64,000 nt of DNA from an uncultured Verrucomicrobiae bacterium (GTDB lineage Bacteria > Verrucomicrobiota > Verrucomicrobiia > Chthoniobacterales > JAATET01). The notes beneath the pieces were generated by a model. The model did not search any database. It saw only the letters and a list, made by a program, of their open reading frames with translations, and was not told the DNA's origin. Shown piece by piece: positions 52,587-62,623 of the stretch (the stretch's first letter is position 1; each line of letters starts with the position of its first letter). Made by a program: the position numbers and the translations under genes. The stretch spans positions 288,001 to 352,000 of the forward strand of contig CAVRCI010000013.1 in NCBI GenBank assembly GCA_963719495.1, given 5' to 3'.

Positions 52587-53756
52587 ATGCATCACCCGGA
52601 CAGGACGTTTGCCGAGTTTTTCGCGGGAATCGGGTTGATGAGGATCGGTTTGGAGCAGGCAGGGTGGAACATTCGGTTCGCCAACGACATCGACGAGGAC
52701 AAGTGCGGAATGTATCGGGATCATTTCGGGGATACCGATGAACTAGTCGTTGGCGACGTCCACGATTTGACCCCCGACTCCGTTCCTACGGTTGATCTGG
52801 CAACCGCTTCATTCCCGTGCAACGACCTTTCTTTGGCCGGATCTCGGAAGGGGCTTGCCGGGGCCCAATCCTCGGCTTTTTGGGGATTTGTGGAGGTTCT
52901 GTCTGGATTGGGAGACCGACGCCCTCCTCTGGTCTTGCTCGAAAACGTCACCGGTTTTTTGACGTCCCACGATGGCCAGGACCTTCGCGACGCTCTGCTG
53001 GGACTCAATCGACTCGGTTACTCGGTCGACGCGTTCATCGTCGATGCGTCGCGGTTCGTGCCGCAGAGCCGACAGCGGCTGTTCGTGGTCGGAACGAAGT
53101 CGGATCTCGTCTCCACGGTCGAAGAGACACCGAAGTTCTTCGAAGAGGACTGCCGTCCAGCCGCACTGGCGGACTTCATCCTCTGGAATCCGGAGATTGA
53201 TTGGAAGATCCGGCAACTCCCAAGCCTACCAAGGCGGGAGACAACGCTTTCGGATTTGCTCGAGGATCTGCCGATGAACTCTCCAGCTTGGTGGAGTCGG
53301 GAACGCTGCGACTATCTCCTGAACCAAATGAGTGAGAAGCATAGAGCCATCGCCGACAAAATGATCGGTGGCGCGGAGACGACTTTCGGGACGGTTTTCA
53401 GGCGGGTGAGAAAAGGGAAATCCATGGCGGAACTTCGGACCGACGGGACAGCGGGTTGCCTGCGAACTCCCCGGGGAGGGAGCGGGCGGCAAATCCTGTT
53501 CGCCGGGGGGCGCGGCCACTTCGCCGTGAGACTGCTGACCGCACGTGAATGTGCGCGTCTCATGGGCGCGGATGATTTCGCGATCAACGTTCCATTGAAT
53601 CAGGCGCTTTTCGGATTCGGTGACGCGGTTTGCGTTCCAGTGATCGAATGGATTGCTCGCAACTACTTGAATCCGATGCTGGAAAAGCTGTCTTTGCATC
53701 CAGCGAATCATGCGAAGCAGCCGCGCAGGGTCGAGAGCAAGACGAGCTACCGATAG
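52587..53756 (+). CDS. DNA (cytosine-5)-methyltransferase
   Basis: FFAGIG (motif I), FPC (IV), ENV (VI), QSRQR (VIII), RLLT.RE.ARLMG (IX), GDAV (X). Confidence 0.95.
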   Translation: MHHPDRTFAEFFAGIGLMRIGLEQAGWNIRFANDIDEDKCGMYRDHFGDTDELVVGDVHDLTPDSVPTVDLATASFPCNDLSLAGSRKGLAGAQSSAFWGFVEVLSGLGDRRPPLVLLENVTGFLTSHDGQDLRDALLGLNRLGYSVDAFIVDASRFVPQSRQRLFVVGTKSDLVSTVEETPKFFEEDCRPAALADFILWNPEIDWKIRQLPSLPRRETTLSDLLEDLPMNSPAWWSRERCDYLLNQMSEKHRAIADKMIGGAETTFGTVFRRVRKGKSMAELRTDGTAGCLRTPRGGSGRQILFAGGRGHFAVRLLTARECARLMGADDFAINVPLNQALFGFGDAVCVPVIEWIARNYLNPMLEKLSLHPANHAKQPRRVESKTSYR

Positions 53757-53765
53757 GGCGAGCCA

Positions 53766-54698
53766 ATGGGTGCCACAACCGCTGCGCTGCGCAACCTTTG
53801 CAAGGTTCATCCGAAGCTCCTTCGGAAGGGAGGACTCTGCGTGGCGCTCGTCATGTCGGAAACAGCCAAGCGACGCGGACTTCCGCTCTCGCCGGAATCG
53901 TTGAGGACCGCAGAGGGTGGATAGGTCGTCGGACTCGGCAAGGCGGCGGTGCAAAAGATTCTCGCGGAATACGGAGTGACCAAGGTCCTTGCGGAAGAAG
54001 GGGGCCGGACCAGCCGCGGCAGTCTTGGGCTGATGAACGCTTACGTCGAGACCCTGAACGACCTGCATCGTCGGAAAGCAGTCGATTTGGACGAGGCCAT
54101 GACTTGGTGGATCGAGAAAGTGCGGGCGCACTTCGCGTCCGAGGGTCCGAAGTTTCATTTTGATCCCGGAAAATCCCTCCGCGCCAACATCGAAGATCTA
54201 CTCCGACAAGCCCACGACGTCCAAACCGAGGGCGGCGGAACGAATTACGTCGGGGCCATGCTCCAACACTTGGTTGGGGCGAAACTCGACGTCGTTCTGG
54301 GCGATGGGCAGATCGACCATCACGGATTCTCCGTTGCCGACCATTCGACCGACCGTCAGGGAGACTTCCAAATCGAAACGGTCGCGATCCACGTGACGAC
54401 CCATCCGACCGAGGCTCTCATCCGGAAGTGCGATGCGAACCTCCGATCAGGATTGAAGCCCTTGATCATCAGTCTTGGCGAAGGCGTTCTCGGAGCTGCC
54501 TTCCTGTTGAAGAACTCGTCCATCGAGGATCGCGTCGACGTTCTCGACGCCATCCAATTCCTGACCGCCAACCTCTACGAACGCAGCTTCTTCAAAACCG
54601 CCGACTGCAAGGTGACCCTTCTGAAATTGCTGACCCGCTACAACGAGATCGTTCGTGATTGCGAGACGGATCCGACGTTGTCCGTTCGCCTACCGTGA
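53766..54698 (+). pseudogene. DUF4928-like protein (putative restriction partner of the MTase) with premature TAG at 53922-53924
   Basis: ATG 53766 is in frame with the 53949 ORF; KGGLCVAL...GG*V.GLG..AVQ.IL, EGGRTSRGS, LQHLVGAKL, GDF...AIHVT. Confidence 0.75.
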
Positions 54699-54837
54699 CG
54701 AGGAAAACTGCAACCATCGGCGTCCGTGGCAAGCGCCCCTCCATCCTCGGAACCGAAGCCGTTTGTGCAATGTCTCGAAATTATCGAGCGCGTCGCGCGC
54801 GGCGAGTCCCCATAACGAAAGACCCTGCGCCGACGAG

Positions 54838-57336
54838 CTAGTCTTCGTAGCTGTCGCGATACGAAGCGACGGTGAGAAGCCGCCTTACCCGGGTCAGCGT
54901 CAGCGCCTTGATTGGACGCAGCACCACCATGCAAACCTCGCCTGGGAAGACGTCGAAATAGTTGTCGCTCAGCCGATATTCGACGCCCTCCGCTAGATTA
55001 AGAAAGACCTGATAAGCAATCCGGTCACTCGTCACGCGGATCTCGAACGTCCCCTTGACGGCTCCGACCGCCACCTTAGCCTCGACCCGCGCCCTCGCAA
55101 ACTCCACCCGCCGAGGCGGGACCAGAAACGTGGTGCTATCACTCGCCTCGTGGCCCGCCGCCTCCAGCCGACACCGGACGGCCAAGTCGTCGCGGCCATT
55201 CTTCTCGATCCAGTCACCGAGCTTCAGCACCTGACGACGGCGCGCCTCCCCGTTCGCGAGCCGCACCGCCTTCCGGCCCGTCTCCAGCACCACATTCCCG
55301 CGCACCGACCACACCGCCCACGAAAGCTCCCCCTTCACCGCCGTCGGCCCGTCGAAGACCGTATGAACCTCCACACCATCGACGTCGCTCAGCACCGTGT
55401 TCGTGCTCGTGTGGATCGTCTCACTCCCCAGCCGCTTCACCGACACCAGCGCCGGAGCGAAAAACCGCTTCGCCGCGTAGTGCAGCGCCTTCCACCGCCC
55501 GCCGAAGTCGACGCTCGACCACGACGCCACCGGCCAGCAGTCGTTCAACTGCCAATACACCGCCCCCATCGTCTGCGGCAGGTTCCGCCGCATGTGCTCG
55601 ATGCCGAACCGCAACGTGAACGCCTGCATGATCTGCGAAAGGTAGACGCACGACTCGTAATCCTTCGGAAACCGGAACAGCTCCGAGATGTAGTGAAAAA
55701 TGATCTGATTCCCTCCGCCATTCTTCTGGTGGTTATCCATCTCCGGCCCGAAGAGATTTCGGCTCTCGGTAAAAGTCCGCGCCGTCTCCACGCACGGATA
55801 AGCCTGCATCCCGAACTCCGAGAAAAATCGGTGAAACTGCTTCTCGTAGTCCGAGATCGGAGCCCGCTCGTGCCAGACGCCCCAGTAATGCGCGTCGCCG
55901 GAATCCGGGTTCTGCGTATTGCTAAAACGATCGTCCGGATTGTGCTCCGAACTCGAAATGTAAGCCGCCCCCGGCAACAGCTTCTCCAGAGTCCGAGGCA
56001 GCAGCTCGACGAAGATCTTCTCGTAATCCCGCCGCAGCTTGCGGTCCGCCCGGATTTCCGGCCCGTAAATCTGCTCGTTCTCGTTGTTCCCGCACCACAG
56101 CGCGATGTGGCTGTAATTCCGCAATCGCCGCACCTGATACTCCGCCTCCGCCTTCACCTCCCGCACGAAATCCGCGTCACCCGGATAGATCGCGCAGGCA
56201 AACATGAAGTCCTGCCACACCAGCAACCCCCGCTCCAGACACTCCTCGTAGAACTCTTCGACCTCGTAAATCCCCCCACCCCACACCCGCAGCAGGTTCA
56301 TGTTCGCCGCCACCGCCGAATCCAGCAGATCGGGAATGAGCGCCACGCCCTCGTTCACAAAACTGTGCGCCGGGATCCAGTTCGCCCCCTTCGCGAAGAC
56401 CGGACGACCATTGACCACAAAACGAAACGCCGCTCCCCACTCGTCCCGACCCCGGTCCAGCTCGATCCGGCAAAGCCCGATCCGCTGATCCCGACGATCG
56501 AGCACCACGTCGCCGTCCAGCAACTCCGCCGACACCTCGTAGAGCGGCTGAGCCCCCTGCCCGTTCGGCCACCAAAGCTCCGGCTTCGCGACGATCAGAT
56601 CGACGGACTCCCCCAAGGCACCCTCCGCCGTCGCGACCACCTCGCCGTCAAAACTCAGGACCGCCCGCGTCAGATACCGCCGCCCCGCCCGTGCCCCCGC
56701 GACCACGACCTCCACCGCGCACTCGCCGCCACCGTGCCGCTGCCGCACGGACCAATCTTGAATACGATTCCCCGACCAACCTTCCAGCCGGATCGGTCGC
56801 CAGATCCCGCTCGTCGTCAACCGCGGACCCCAATCCCAACCCGAAGCGCACTGTTCCTTCCGCAACTCCGTCCGCCCGCCCAGGTAGTCCGAAGGCACCG
56901 GCTTCCGCTCCGTCGTCCGACGCGCGATGGCGGCATCCACGCTGAGAAAGCGCACCTCGATCGTGTTTGCTCCCGCCCGCAGAAGCTCCTTCACCGCAAC
57001 CCGGTATCCCACGAACATGTTAGCCGTCTCCGCCACGAGCGAGCCGTTGATCCAGACCGACGCCACCGTATCCAATCCCTTCAGAACGAGATCCACGCAA
57101 TCGAGCGCTAGCAATTCGTCGCCAACCTCGAACTCCGCCCGATACTCCCAATCCACCCGCTCCAACCAAAGCAGATCCAATTCGTTCCGCCCATGGAACG
57201 GATCTGGAATCATCCCATTCCGGAGCAGGTCGGAATGAACGCACCCCGGCACGGTCGCCGACTTCCAAACATCCGCCCCCGCTTGGCGAAATTCCCAGCC
57301 CGAATCCAACTCAAATTTACACACAGGGTCCTTCAT
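54838..57336 (-). CDS. Glycoside hydrolase family 2, beta-mannosidase-like
   Basis: GWDWGP, KGANWIP, RVWGGG, WQDFMFA, WCGNNE, SEFG, YWQLNDCWP; start ATG 57336. Confidence 0.92.
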   Translation of the reverse strand: MKDPVCKFELDSGWEFRQAGADVWKSATVPGCVHSDLLRNGMIPDPFHGRNELDLLWLERVDWEYRAEFEVGDELLALDCVDLVLKGLDTVASVWINGSLVAETANMFVGYRVAVKELLRAGANTIEVRFLSVDAAIARRTTERKPVPSDYLGGRTELRKEQCASGWDWGPRLTTSGIWRPIRLEGWSGNRIQDWSVRQRHGGGECAVEVVVAGARAGRRYLTRAVLSFDGEVVATAEGALGESVDLIVAKPELWWPNGQGAQPLYEVSAELLDGDVVLDRRDQRIGLCRIELDRGRDEWGAAFRFVVNGRPVFAKGANWIPAHSFVNEGVALIPDLLDSAVAANMNLLRVWGGGIYEVEEFYEECLERGLLVWQDFMFACAIYPGDADFVREVKAEAEYQVRRLRNYSHIALWCGNNENEQIYGPEIRADRKLRRDYEKIFVELLPRTLEKLLPGAAYISSSEHNPDDRFSNTQNPDSGDAHYWGVWHERAPISDYEKQFHRFFSEFGMQAYPCVETARTFTESRNLFGPEMDNHQKNGGGNQIIFHYISELFRFPKDYESCVYLSQIMQAFTLRFGIEHMRRNLPQTMGAVYWQLNDCWPVASWSSVDFGGRWKALHYAAKRFFAPALVSVKRLGSETIHTSTNTVLSDVDGVEVHTVFDGPTAVKGELSWAVWSVRGNVVLETGRKAVRLANGEARRRQVLKLGDWIEKNGRDDLAVRCRLEAAGHEASDSTTFLVPPRRVEFARARVEAKVAVGAVKGTFEIRVTSDRIAYQVFLNLAEGVEYRLSDNYFDVFPGEVCMVVLRPIKALTLTRVRRLLTVASYRDSYED

Positions 57337-57560
57337 AATTCCGCCCGAGTTCACCCAACGCCTTACCCGCCAATGGAGCGCGCTCGGTGGGGGCAATAAT
57401 CTCGGTGATATCAACTGCTAAGCGAACTCCGTGGTTCGGAAAAGCGAAACGATGAGGCAAACGAGGATGACGAACACCTTGGCTGGGTCTCCTCACGTCG
57501 ACCACCACTGTGGCACCTCGCGAAGCGGCCATTCACCGGAGAAGCGGACGTCCCGACGTC

Positions 57561-57605
57561 CAAACTGGGGGTCAAACTGGGGGTCAGTGTGCAAAATGAA
57601 ATTTT
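57561..57605 (+). repeat. GGGGTCAG-type site with 12-bp tandem duplication (CAAACTGGGGGT x2)
   Basis: Direct reading; same architecture as the RAYT-associated repeats but a diverged sequence. Confidence 0.6.
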
Positions 57606-57653
57606 TCGAGCCCCAAGGCCTTACTCCACGATCATGATCGGGAAAACTTGCTC

Positions 57654-58112
57654 TCATCCGGGGCCGTCGTTTGAGAATACGGATGTGCCGCGACAGAGCC
57701 AGTTTTCCACTCGCAACCCCTCTACCCGGCTGAATTCCGCTTCGTTTGCTGTGACCACGGTCATATCGAGGGCCTTCGCGTGGGCGGCGATCCAGAGATC
57801 GTTTGGGCCTATCGGCGTTCCTGCCTTTTCCAGCGCCCAGCGAATCGCTGCGTAATGCACCTCCGTAGGAGATTTTATTTCCACCGTCCGAATCGCACGG
57901 AGGATGCGTTCGGCCTGCCGGGCGAGTTTGTCTGATCTGCGTTTGAGCACTCCAAAGCGGATCTCGCCCGCGACCACTGGATTCACGCAAACAGCGTCCT
58001 CGCCTACTCGCTTGATCTGGTCGGCGACACGGCCCTGCGGATTCCGAATCAGATCCGAAACGATGTTGGTATCGAGCAGGAACTTCGGCGTCACGGCGAT
58101 CTTCCGACTCAA
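57654..58112 (-). CDS. vapC: VapC PIN-domain toxin
   Basis: FLLDTNIVS, E..G, GTPIGPNDLWIAAHA, VT.N..EF.RV.GL.VENW. Confidence 0.93.
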   Translation of the reverse strand: MSRKIAVTPKFLLDTNIVSDLIRNPQGRVADQIKRVGEDAVCVNPVVAGEIRFGVLKRRSDKLARQAERILRAIRTVEIKSPTEVHYAAIRWALEKAGTPIGPNDLWIAAHAKALDMTVVTANEAEFSRVEGLRVENWLCRGTSVFSNDGPG

Positions 58113-58375
58113 ATCGCGATCTCGTCCGTCGGGAGTAAGGTTTCGTCGATGTCGGGGAAGCTCTCCTCGATCTGACTCAGGCCTCGAAGTGTCTCCAAGA
58201 GTCCACCTGGTGTCTCGACTTCCTCCACGATGAGTTGCCGCCCCTCTCGTCGCAGCAGAACCTCGCCACCGGCAAACTCAAACTCTCTCGGAATCCGCAC
58301 CGCTTGATTGCGCCCGTTCCGAAAAAGCCGCGCAATTCGCCCTGTCGTCGTTGCCTGCTGTGGCATAGGCCTCAA
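58109..58375 (-). CDS. vapB: VapB antitoxin (AbrB/SpoVT type)
   Basis: ARLFRNGRNQAVRIPREFEF; overlaps vapC. Confidence 0.92.
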   Translation of the reverse strand: MRPMPQQATTTGRIARLFRNGRNQAVRIPREFEFAGGEVLLRREGRQLIVEEVETPGGLLETLRGLSQIEESFPDIDETLLPTDEIAI

Positions 58376-58514
58376 CCTAGGTCGGAAACCTCAGACATCA
58401 AGCTGAGAAATGGCTCAGCCCCACCCCGCCGCGATTCCGCCGCAGCACGACAATCAGGCCGGATAGGCTCGCGAGGATGAGAAACAAGCTCGACGGCTCG
58501 GGCACGGGGGCACC

Positions 58515-58672
58515 GTGGCGGGGTCAGTCCGTGGTGGCGGGGTCAGTCCGTGCATTGGTTCAGTTTCGAGAGGTCACGCACAGGCGATTCATCAGACGAG
58601 GGTCAGTCAATTCACATTGACACATTTCCAACTTTTTTTCTGACGAGCCGCGGCGATCTCAATGTGAATTGA
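58515..58672. repeat. Cluster of GGGGTCAG-type sites: 19-bp tandem duplication (58515-58552), a variant repeat GAGGGTCAGTCAATTCACATTGACACATTT (58598-58627) and a 14-bp inverted partner (58659-58672)
   Basis: Direct reading; shares the ATTGACACATTT end with 21596-21623. Confidence 0.75.
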
Positions 58673-58915
58673 ATTCGCTGCCTCGTTCGACTCGCTGGCG
58701 AATCCGAGTGGACAACGGGAAGCGTGTATTCCGGAAGACGTGCGGTGAAAATTTTGTTCCTTCGCGTCTTCGACCTGATCTCGGAGCACTCTTCGGCATC
58801 TTCATCAAGCAGCCCCATCTTCAAACTCGCTCGCGTCGCGAGCCGCGCTACACTCTCCTTCTCATGCCAATCGCCGACCAAATCACCGTTCGCAGACTGG
58901 ACTGGTCGGTCGCTA

Positions 58916-60129
58916 GTATACTGTAACGCGCTATCTTGCGTATTGAGTCGCGCTCATCGGAGCGGTATGTGGGTGGATGGCAAATCGATATCGCATCACT
59001 TTAACCGAGTCCGAACGTGAGTATTTGAGCGCGCTGGGCCGGACTTCCAAAACCGACGCCAAGCGATGTGTGCATGCTCGAACGCTTTTACTTTGCGACG
59101 TTGGCGAGCACGCGCCAGGTAGAACAGTGTGGAGGGTGGCGGATGTCGCCAGTGCTCTGGGGATCGGCGTTCGCACCGTCGAACACATCAAGGAGCGCTT
59201 CGTGGAGGATGGGTTGGAGGCAGCGCTTGGACGCAAGCCGAGAACCGGTCCTCCGAGGATTACCTTCGATGGAGCCTTTGACGCGAGGGTGACCGCCTTG
59301 GCGTGCTCCGATCCTCCCGATGGACGCGCCCGGTGGACCGTCCGTCTTCTCGCCGACAAAGTCGTGGAACTCAAGATTGCCCCCAGCGTTTCGACGATGA
59401 CCATTCAGCGGTCTCTAAAAAAAACGAATTACGCCCTCATCTGAGCAAATATTGGAAGATCCCTCCAGACGGCAGCGCCGCTTTCGTTGCTTGCATGGAG
59501 GACGTTCTCGAACTCTATCACGCACCCTACGATGCGCTCTTCCCCCTCGTCTGTATGGATGAGTCGAGCAAGCAACTCGTTGGCGAAGTCCACGCGCCCA
59601 TCGCCAGCGCTCCCGGCAGGGCGCGGATCGAAGACCACGAATACGTCCGCAACGGCGTGGCCGAAATTTTCCTCGAAGTCGAGCCGCTGGGCGGACGCAG
59701 ACATCTGGAAATCACCGAACGCCGCACCCGCAACTAATGGGCCCAGTTCATTCGCAGCATGCTCGACGAACGCTATCCCCACGCGACCAAGGTGCGCTTG
59801 GTCATGGACAACCTCAATACGCACAACATCGCTTCGCTCCACGAAGCCTTCCCTCCCCAAGAAGCTCGCCGATTGGCCGAACGCCTTGAAATCCACTACA
59901 CCCCAAAACATGGCAGTTGGCTCAATGTCGCCGAGATCGAGTTCAGTGTCCTTCAGTCCCAATGCCTGAATCGTCGCATTCCTAACATTGAAACGCTGCG
60001 CTCGGAAGTCGCGGCTTGGGAGGCCGCCCGGAACGAAGCCGCCCGCACCACTTCGTGGCGCTTCACCACCGCCGACGCGCGGGTCAAATTGAGACGGTTA
60101 TATCCGCAGCTTTAGTCGTTACAGGATAC
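58916..60129 (+). mobile_element. IS630-family insertion sequence
   Basis: IRs GTATACTGTAACG / CGTTACAGGATAC, flanked by duplicated TA in a CTAG context. Confidence 0.88.
58977..60115 (+). pseudogene. IS630 transposase (HTH ORF, -1 frameshift at A8 59417-59424, DDE ORF) with in-frame TAA at 59735-59737
   Basis: RWT.RLLA, CMDE, DNLNTH, YTPKHGSWLN.AEIE; ORFs 59303-59737 and 59759-60115 are in the same frame. Confidence 0.85.
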
Positions 60130-60153
60130 TAGCAAGGAGGGCACTAAAGCCTG

Positions 60154-61035
60154 ATGCCTTCTGACGGCGATATTGAATTGCCGCTCTTCAAGGCTTCGGA
60201 TGCGGCGAATTCCGACGATAGTGCAGGAATCAAGCTAGCCACCCGTGACGACCGCGGCGACACATTCGGAAAATACATTGTTTACGTCGATGAAAGTGGT
60301 GATCACGGAATGCAATCGATCGACGAGCAATATCCGTTGTTCGTTCTAGCTTTCTGCGTCTTTCACAAAGTCCATTACAGTCGAAAGGTCGTCCCGGCGC
60401 TTGAGACCTTCAAGTTCAAGCATTTTGGCCACGACCAGGTTGTGCTGCACGAGCAGGAAATTCGGAAAGAGAAAGGAGCCTTCACAATTTTCCGGACGCG
60501 CGAGCACAAGGAGCAGTTCCTGGGCGAACTGACCTCGATCATTGAGGAGAGTCGCTTTATTCTGATCAGCTGCGTCATCGACAAGCGGCGGTTGCAGCAA
60601 CAGCAAGAAAAGCCGTCAAATCCCTATCACATTGCCCTCCGCTTTTGCTTGGAGACACTCTATGAGTTTCTCGAGGAGAAGGGTGAGCAAGGCCACCTGA
60701 CCCACGTTGTCGTCGAGCAACGCGGACGCAAGGAAGATGACGAATTGGAGTTGGGATTCCGCCGGATCTGCGACGGGAACAATGGCTGCGAGAAGACTCT
60801 CCCCTTCAAAATTCTCTTTTCGGACAAAAAGGTAATGTCATCCGGTCTGCAACTGGCTGATCTGGTCGCACGACCGATCGGTCTTTCCGTCTTTCGCGGG
60901 GATCAGCCGAACCGGGCATTCGACGTTCTGAAGCAGAAGTTCTTCTGTGCGGGCGGTCGGGAGAAGGTTGGTGAGGACTATCAGGATTGGGGTTTGAAAA
61001 TTTATCCACCCCATGAAAGCGAAAGGCCTCGATGA
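60154..61035 (+). CDS. DUF3800 domain protein (RNase H-like fold)
   Basis: YIVYVDESGD, H...IR, GLQLADLVA motifs. Confidence 0.85.
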   Translation: MPSDGDIELPLFKASDAANSDDSAGIKLATRDDRGDTFGKYIVYVDESGDHGMQSIDEQYPLFVLAFCVFHKVHYSRKVVPALETFKFKHFGHDQVVLHEQEIRKEKGAFTIFRTREHKEQFLGELTSIIEESRFILISCVIDKRRLQQQQEKPSNPYHIALRFCLETLYEFLEEKGEQGHLTHVVVEQRGRKEDDELELGFRRICDGNNGCEKTLPFKILFSDKKVMSSGLQLADLVARPIGLSVFRGDQPNRAFDVLKQKFFCAGGREKVGEDYQDWGLKIYPPHESERPR

Positions 61036-61090
61036 AACTCACCGAGGCACAGACGCCGACCGGGTTCTCCCAATCCACTTGAGGGAGTCT
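61015..61090 (+). ncRNA. Putative structured RNA at the 3' end of the DUF3800 gene
   Basis: Stem GCCTCG-A-TGA/TCA-C-CGAGGC (61026-61048) and a second CTCCC/GGGAG stem (61067-61087) with no U-tract; DUF3800 genes are known to carry conserved RNA motifs. Confidence 0.5.
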
Positions 61091-61148
61091 AGTAGACCAT
61101 CGTGCACCGGGCAACAAGTGGTAAATGAATCCGAGTCGGGTGGAATTG

Positions 61149-62482
61149 GGTATGAACCGAGGACATAGGTGACAGATTGACCGAGGACATGGGTGACAGT
61201 TCAGGGTGGTGAATGCCCTGGCAAAACGAGTCACCGATGGAACAGAAACAGAGATTTGTAAGTTTGCTGACGAGCGACCGGTTCACGATGGTGGAGCTGT
61301 GCGAAAGTTTCGGCATCTCGCGCAAGACGGGTCACAAGTGGAAGGCGCGATACGAGGCCCACGGGATGGGCGGACTAGAGGATTGGAGCCGGGCCCCGAA
61401 GACGGTGACGAGCAGGACAGAAGAAGCGGTGGAGCGGCTGATTGTGGCCGAAAAGCGGTTACATCCGACGTGGGGGCCGAAGAAGATCCAGCGAGTGCTC
61501 GAAGTGAAGCACGAAGTGGATCGTTTACCGGTCGTAAGCACGGTGGGAGAGGTTCTCAAGCGGCACGGGCTGGTGAAGGCGCGCAAGCGGCGAGGAGGCC
61601 TCTTCACGGTGGAACGAGGGACGCTGACGCCGCCGGAACGCTGTAACCACGTGCTCGGAGTGGACTACAAGGGATGGTTCCTGCTGGGTGACGGCGAGCG
61701 TTGCGATCCGTTGACGGTGAGCGATCTGCACAGTCGATACCTGATGAAAGCGGAGGCGATGCCGGACATGACGGTAAAGTGGACGCAGCGCGAGTTCCGC
61801 AGTGTATTCAAGCGCTACGGGCTGCCGGAGATCATTCGCGTGGACAATGGCTCCCCGTTCGCGTCGATGGGACCAGCGGGATTGAGCAGACTGAGCGTGT
61901 GGTGGATCGGATTGGGTATCGAAGTGCAGTTCAGCCGACCTGGCTGTCCGCAGGACAACGGCTGCCACGAACGGATGCATCGCACGATGAAGGCCGAATG
62001 CTGTCAGCCGGGAAGCGCGAACCGTTGGGCCCAACAGCAACGTTTTGACCGGTGGCGCAGAGTCTTTAACGACGAGCGTCCGCACGAGGGCATCGGCATG
62101 AGGACACCGGCGCAAGCCTATCAACCCTCCCTGCGCCGGTTGGACGAACGCATCAAACCTGCGCTCTACGAGGCAGGGGTGGAAACCAAGCGGGTGAACA
62201 AAGCAGGCTTCATCTCCTTGAATGGAAACAACTGCTTCGTCGGCGAGTCACTGATCGGCGTCGATGTGGCCGTGGAGGAATCGCCGGAGACAGGGCTGCT
62301 GGCCGTTCGATATGCCAATGTGAAGCTCGGGTGGCTGGATCGGACTCCCAACGCTCGGCTCCGGCCTACGGCCTACGCCGAGCGTTGGGAGTCGAAGCTT
62401 GCTCCCGCAAGCCATGAAAACTAACCCTCTAAGTGTTACCTATGTGGTCGGTTTATCTGTAACCAATGTTCCCGTTCATACC
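61149..62482 (+). mobile_element. IS481-family insertion sequence, copy 2
   Basis: Same ends and identical translated transposase as 20238-21571. Confidence 0.9.
61213..62424 (+). CDS. IS481-family transposase
   Basis: Protein identical to 20302-21513. Confidence 0.95.
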   Translation: MPWQNESPMEQKQRFVSLLTSDRFTMVELCESFGISRKTGHKWKARYEAHGMGGLEDWSRAPKTVTSRTEEAVERLIVAEKRLHPTWGPKKIQRVLEVKHEVDRLPVVSTVGEVLKRHGLVKARKRRGGLFTVERGTLTPPERCNHVLGVDYKGWFLLGDGERCDPLTVSDLHSRYLMKAEAMPDMTVKWTQREFRSVFKRYGLPEIIRVDNGSPFASMGPAGLSRLSVWWIGLGIEVQFSRPGCPQDNGCHERMHRTMKAECCQPGSANRWAQQQRFDRWRRVFNDERPHEGIGMRTPAQAYQPSLRRLDERIKPALYEAGVETKRVNKAGFISLNGNNCFVGESLIGVDVAVEESPETGLLAVRYANVKLGWLDRTPNARLRPTAYAERWESKLAPASHEN

Positions 62483-62484
62483 GA

Positions 62485-62534
62485 GGGGTCGGTCATTCAT
62501 CGCTGAGGGGTCGGTCATTCATATTGGCACATTT
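62485..62534 (+). repeat. RAYT-associated repeat with partial tandem copy
   Basis: Matches 21574-21623 except A to G at 62527. Confidence 0.9.
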
Positions 62535-62623
62535 GGAGACGAGGGCATCAGTGTATAAAATGCTCGTGGCCGTGCTGATCCGGGCAGCATGCAGACGGAT
62601 GGAGTGGTTCCACTTTGAGCGAT

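Noticed and set aside
54695..54841. Possible vsr gene after the methyltransferase locus
   Set aside because: No Vsr motifs in the short ORFs there.
58607..58915. Short ORFs between the repeat cluster and IS630 as a RAYT remnant
   Set aside because: One ORF ends in the repeat as the RAYT does, but no transposase motifs are recognisable.
51572..59737. Stop-codon reassignment as the explanation for the in-frame stops
   Set aside because: TAA, TAG and TGA all terminate conserved genes at expected positions in this window.
20238..62482. 41-kb composite transposon between the two IS481 copies
   Set aside because: Encloses core genes (carA, pgm) and lacks an outer target duplication.
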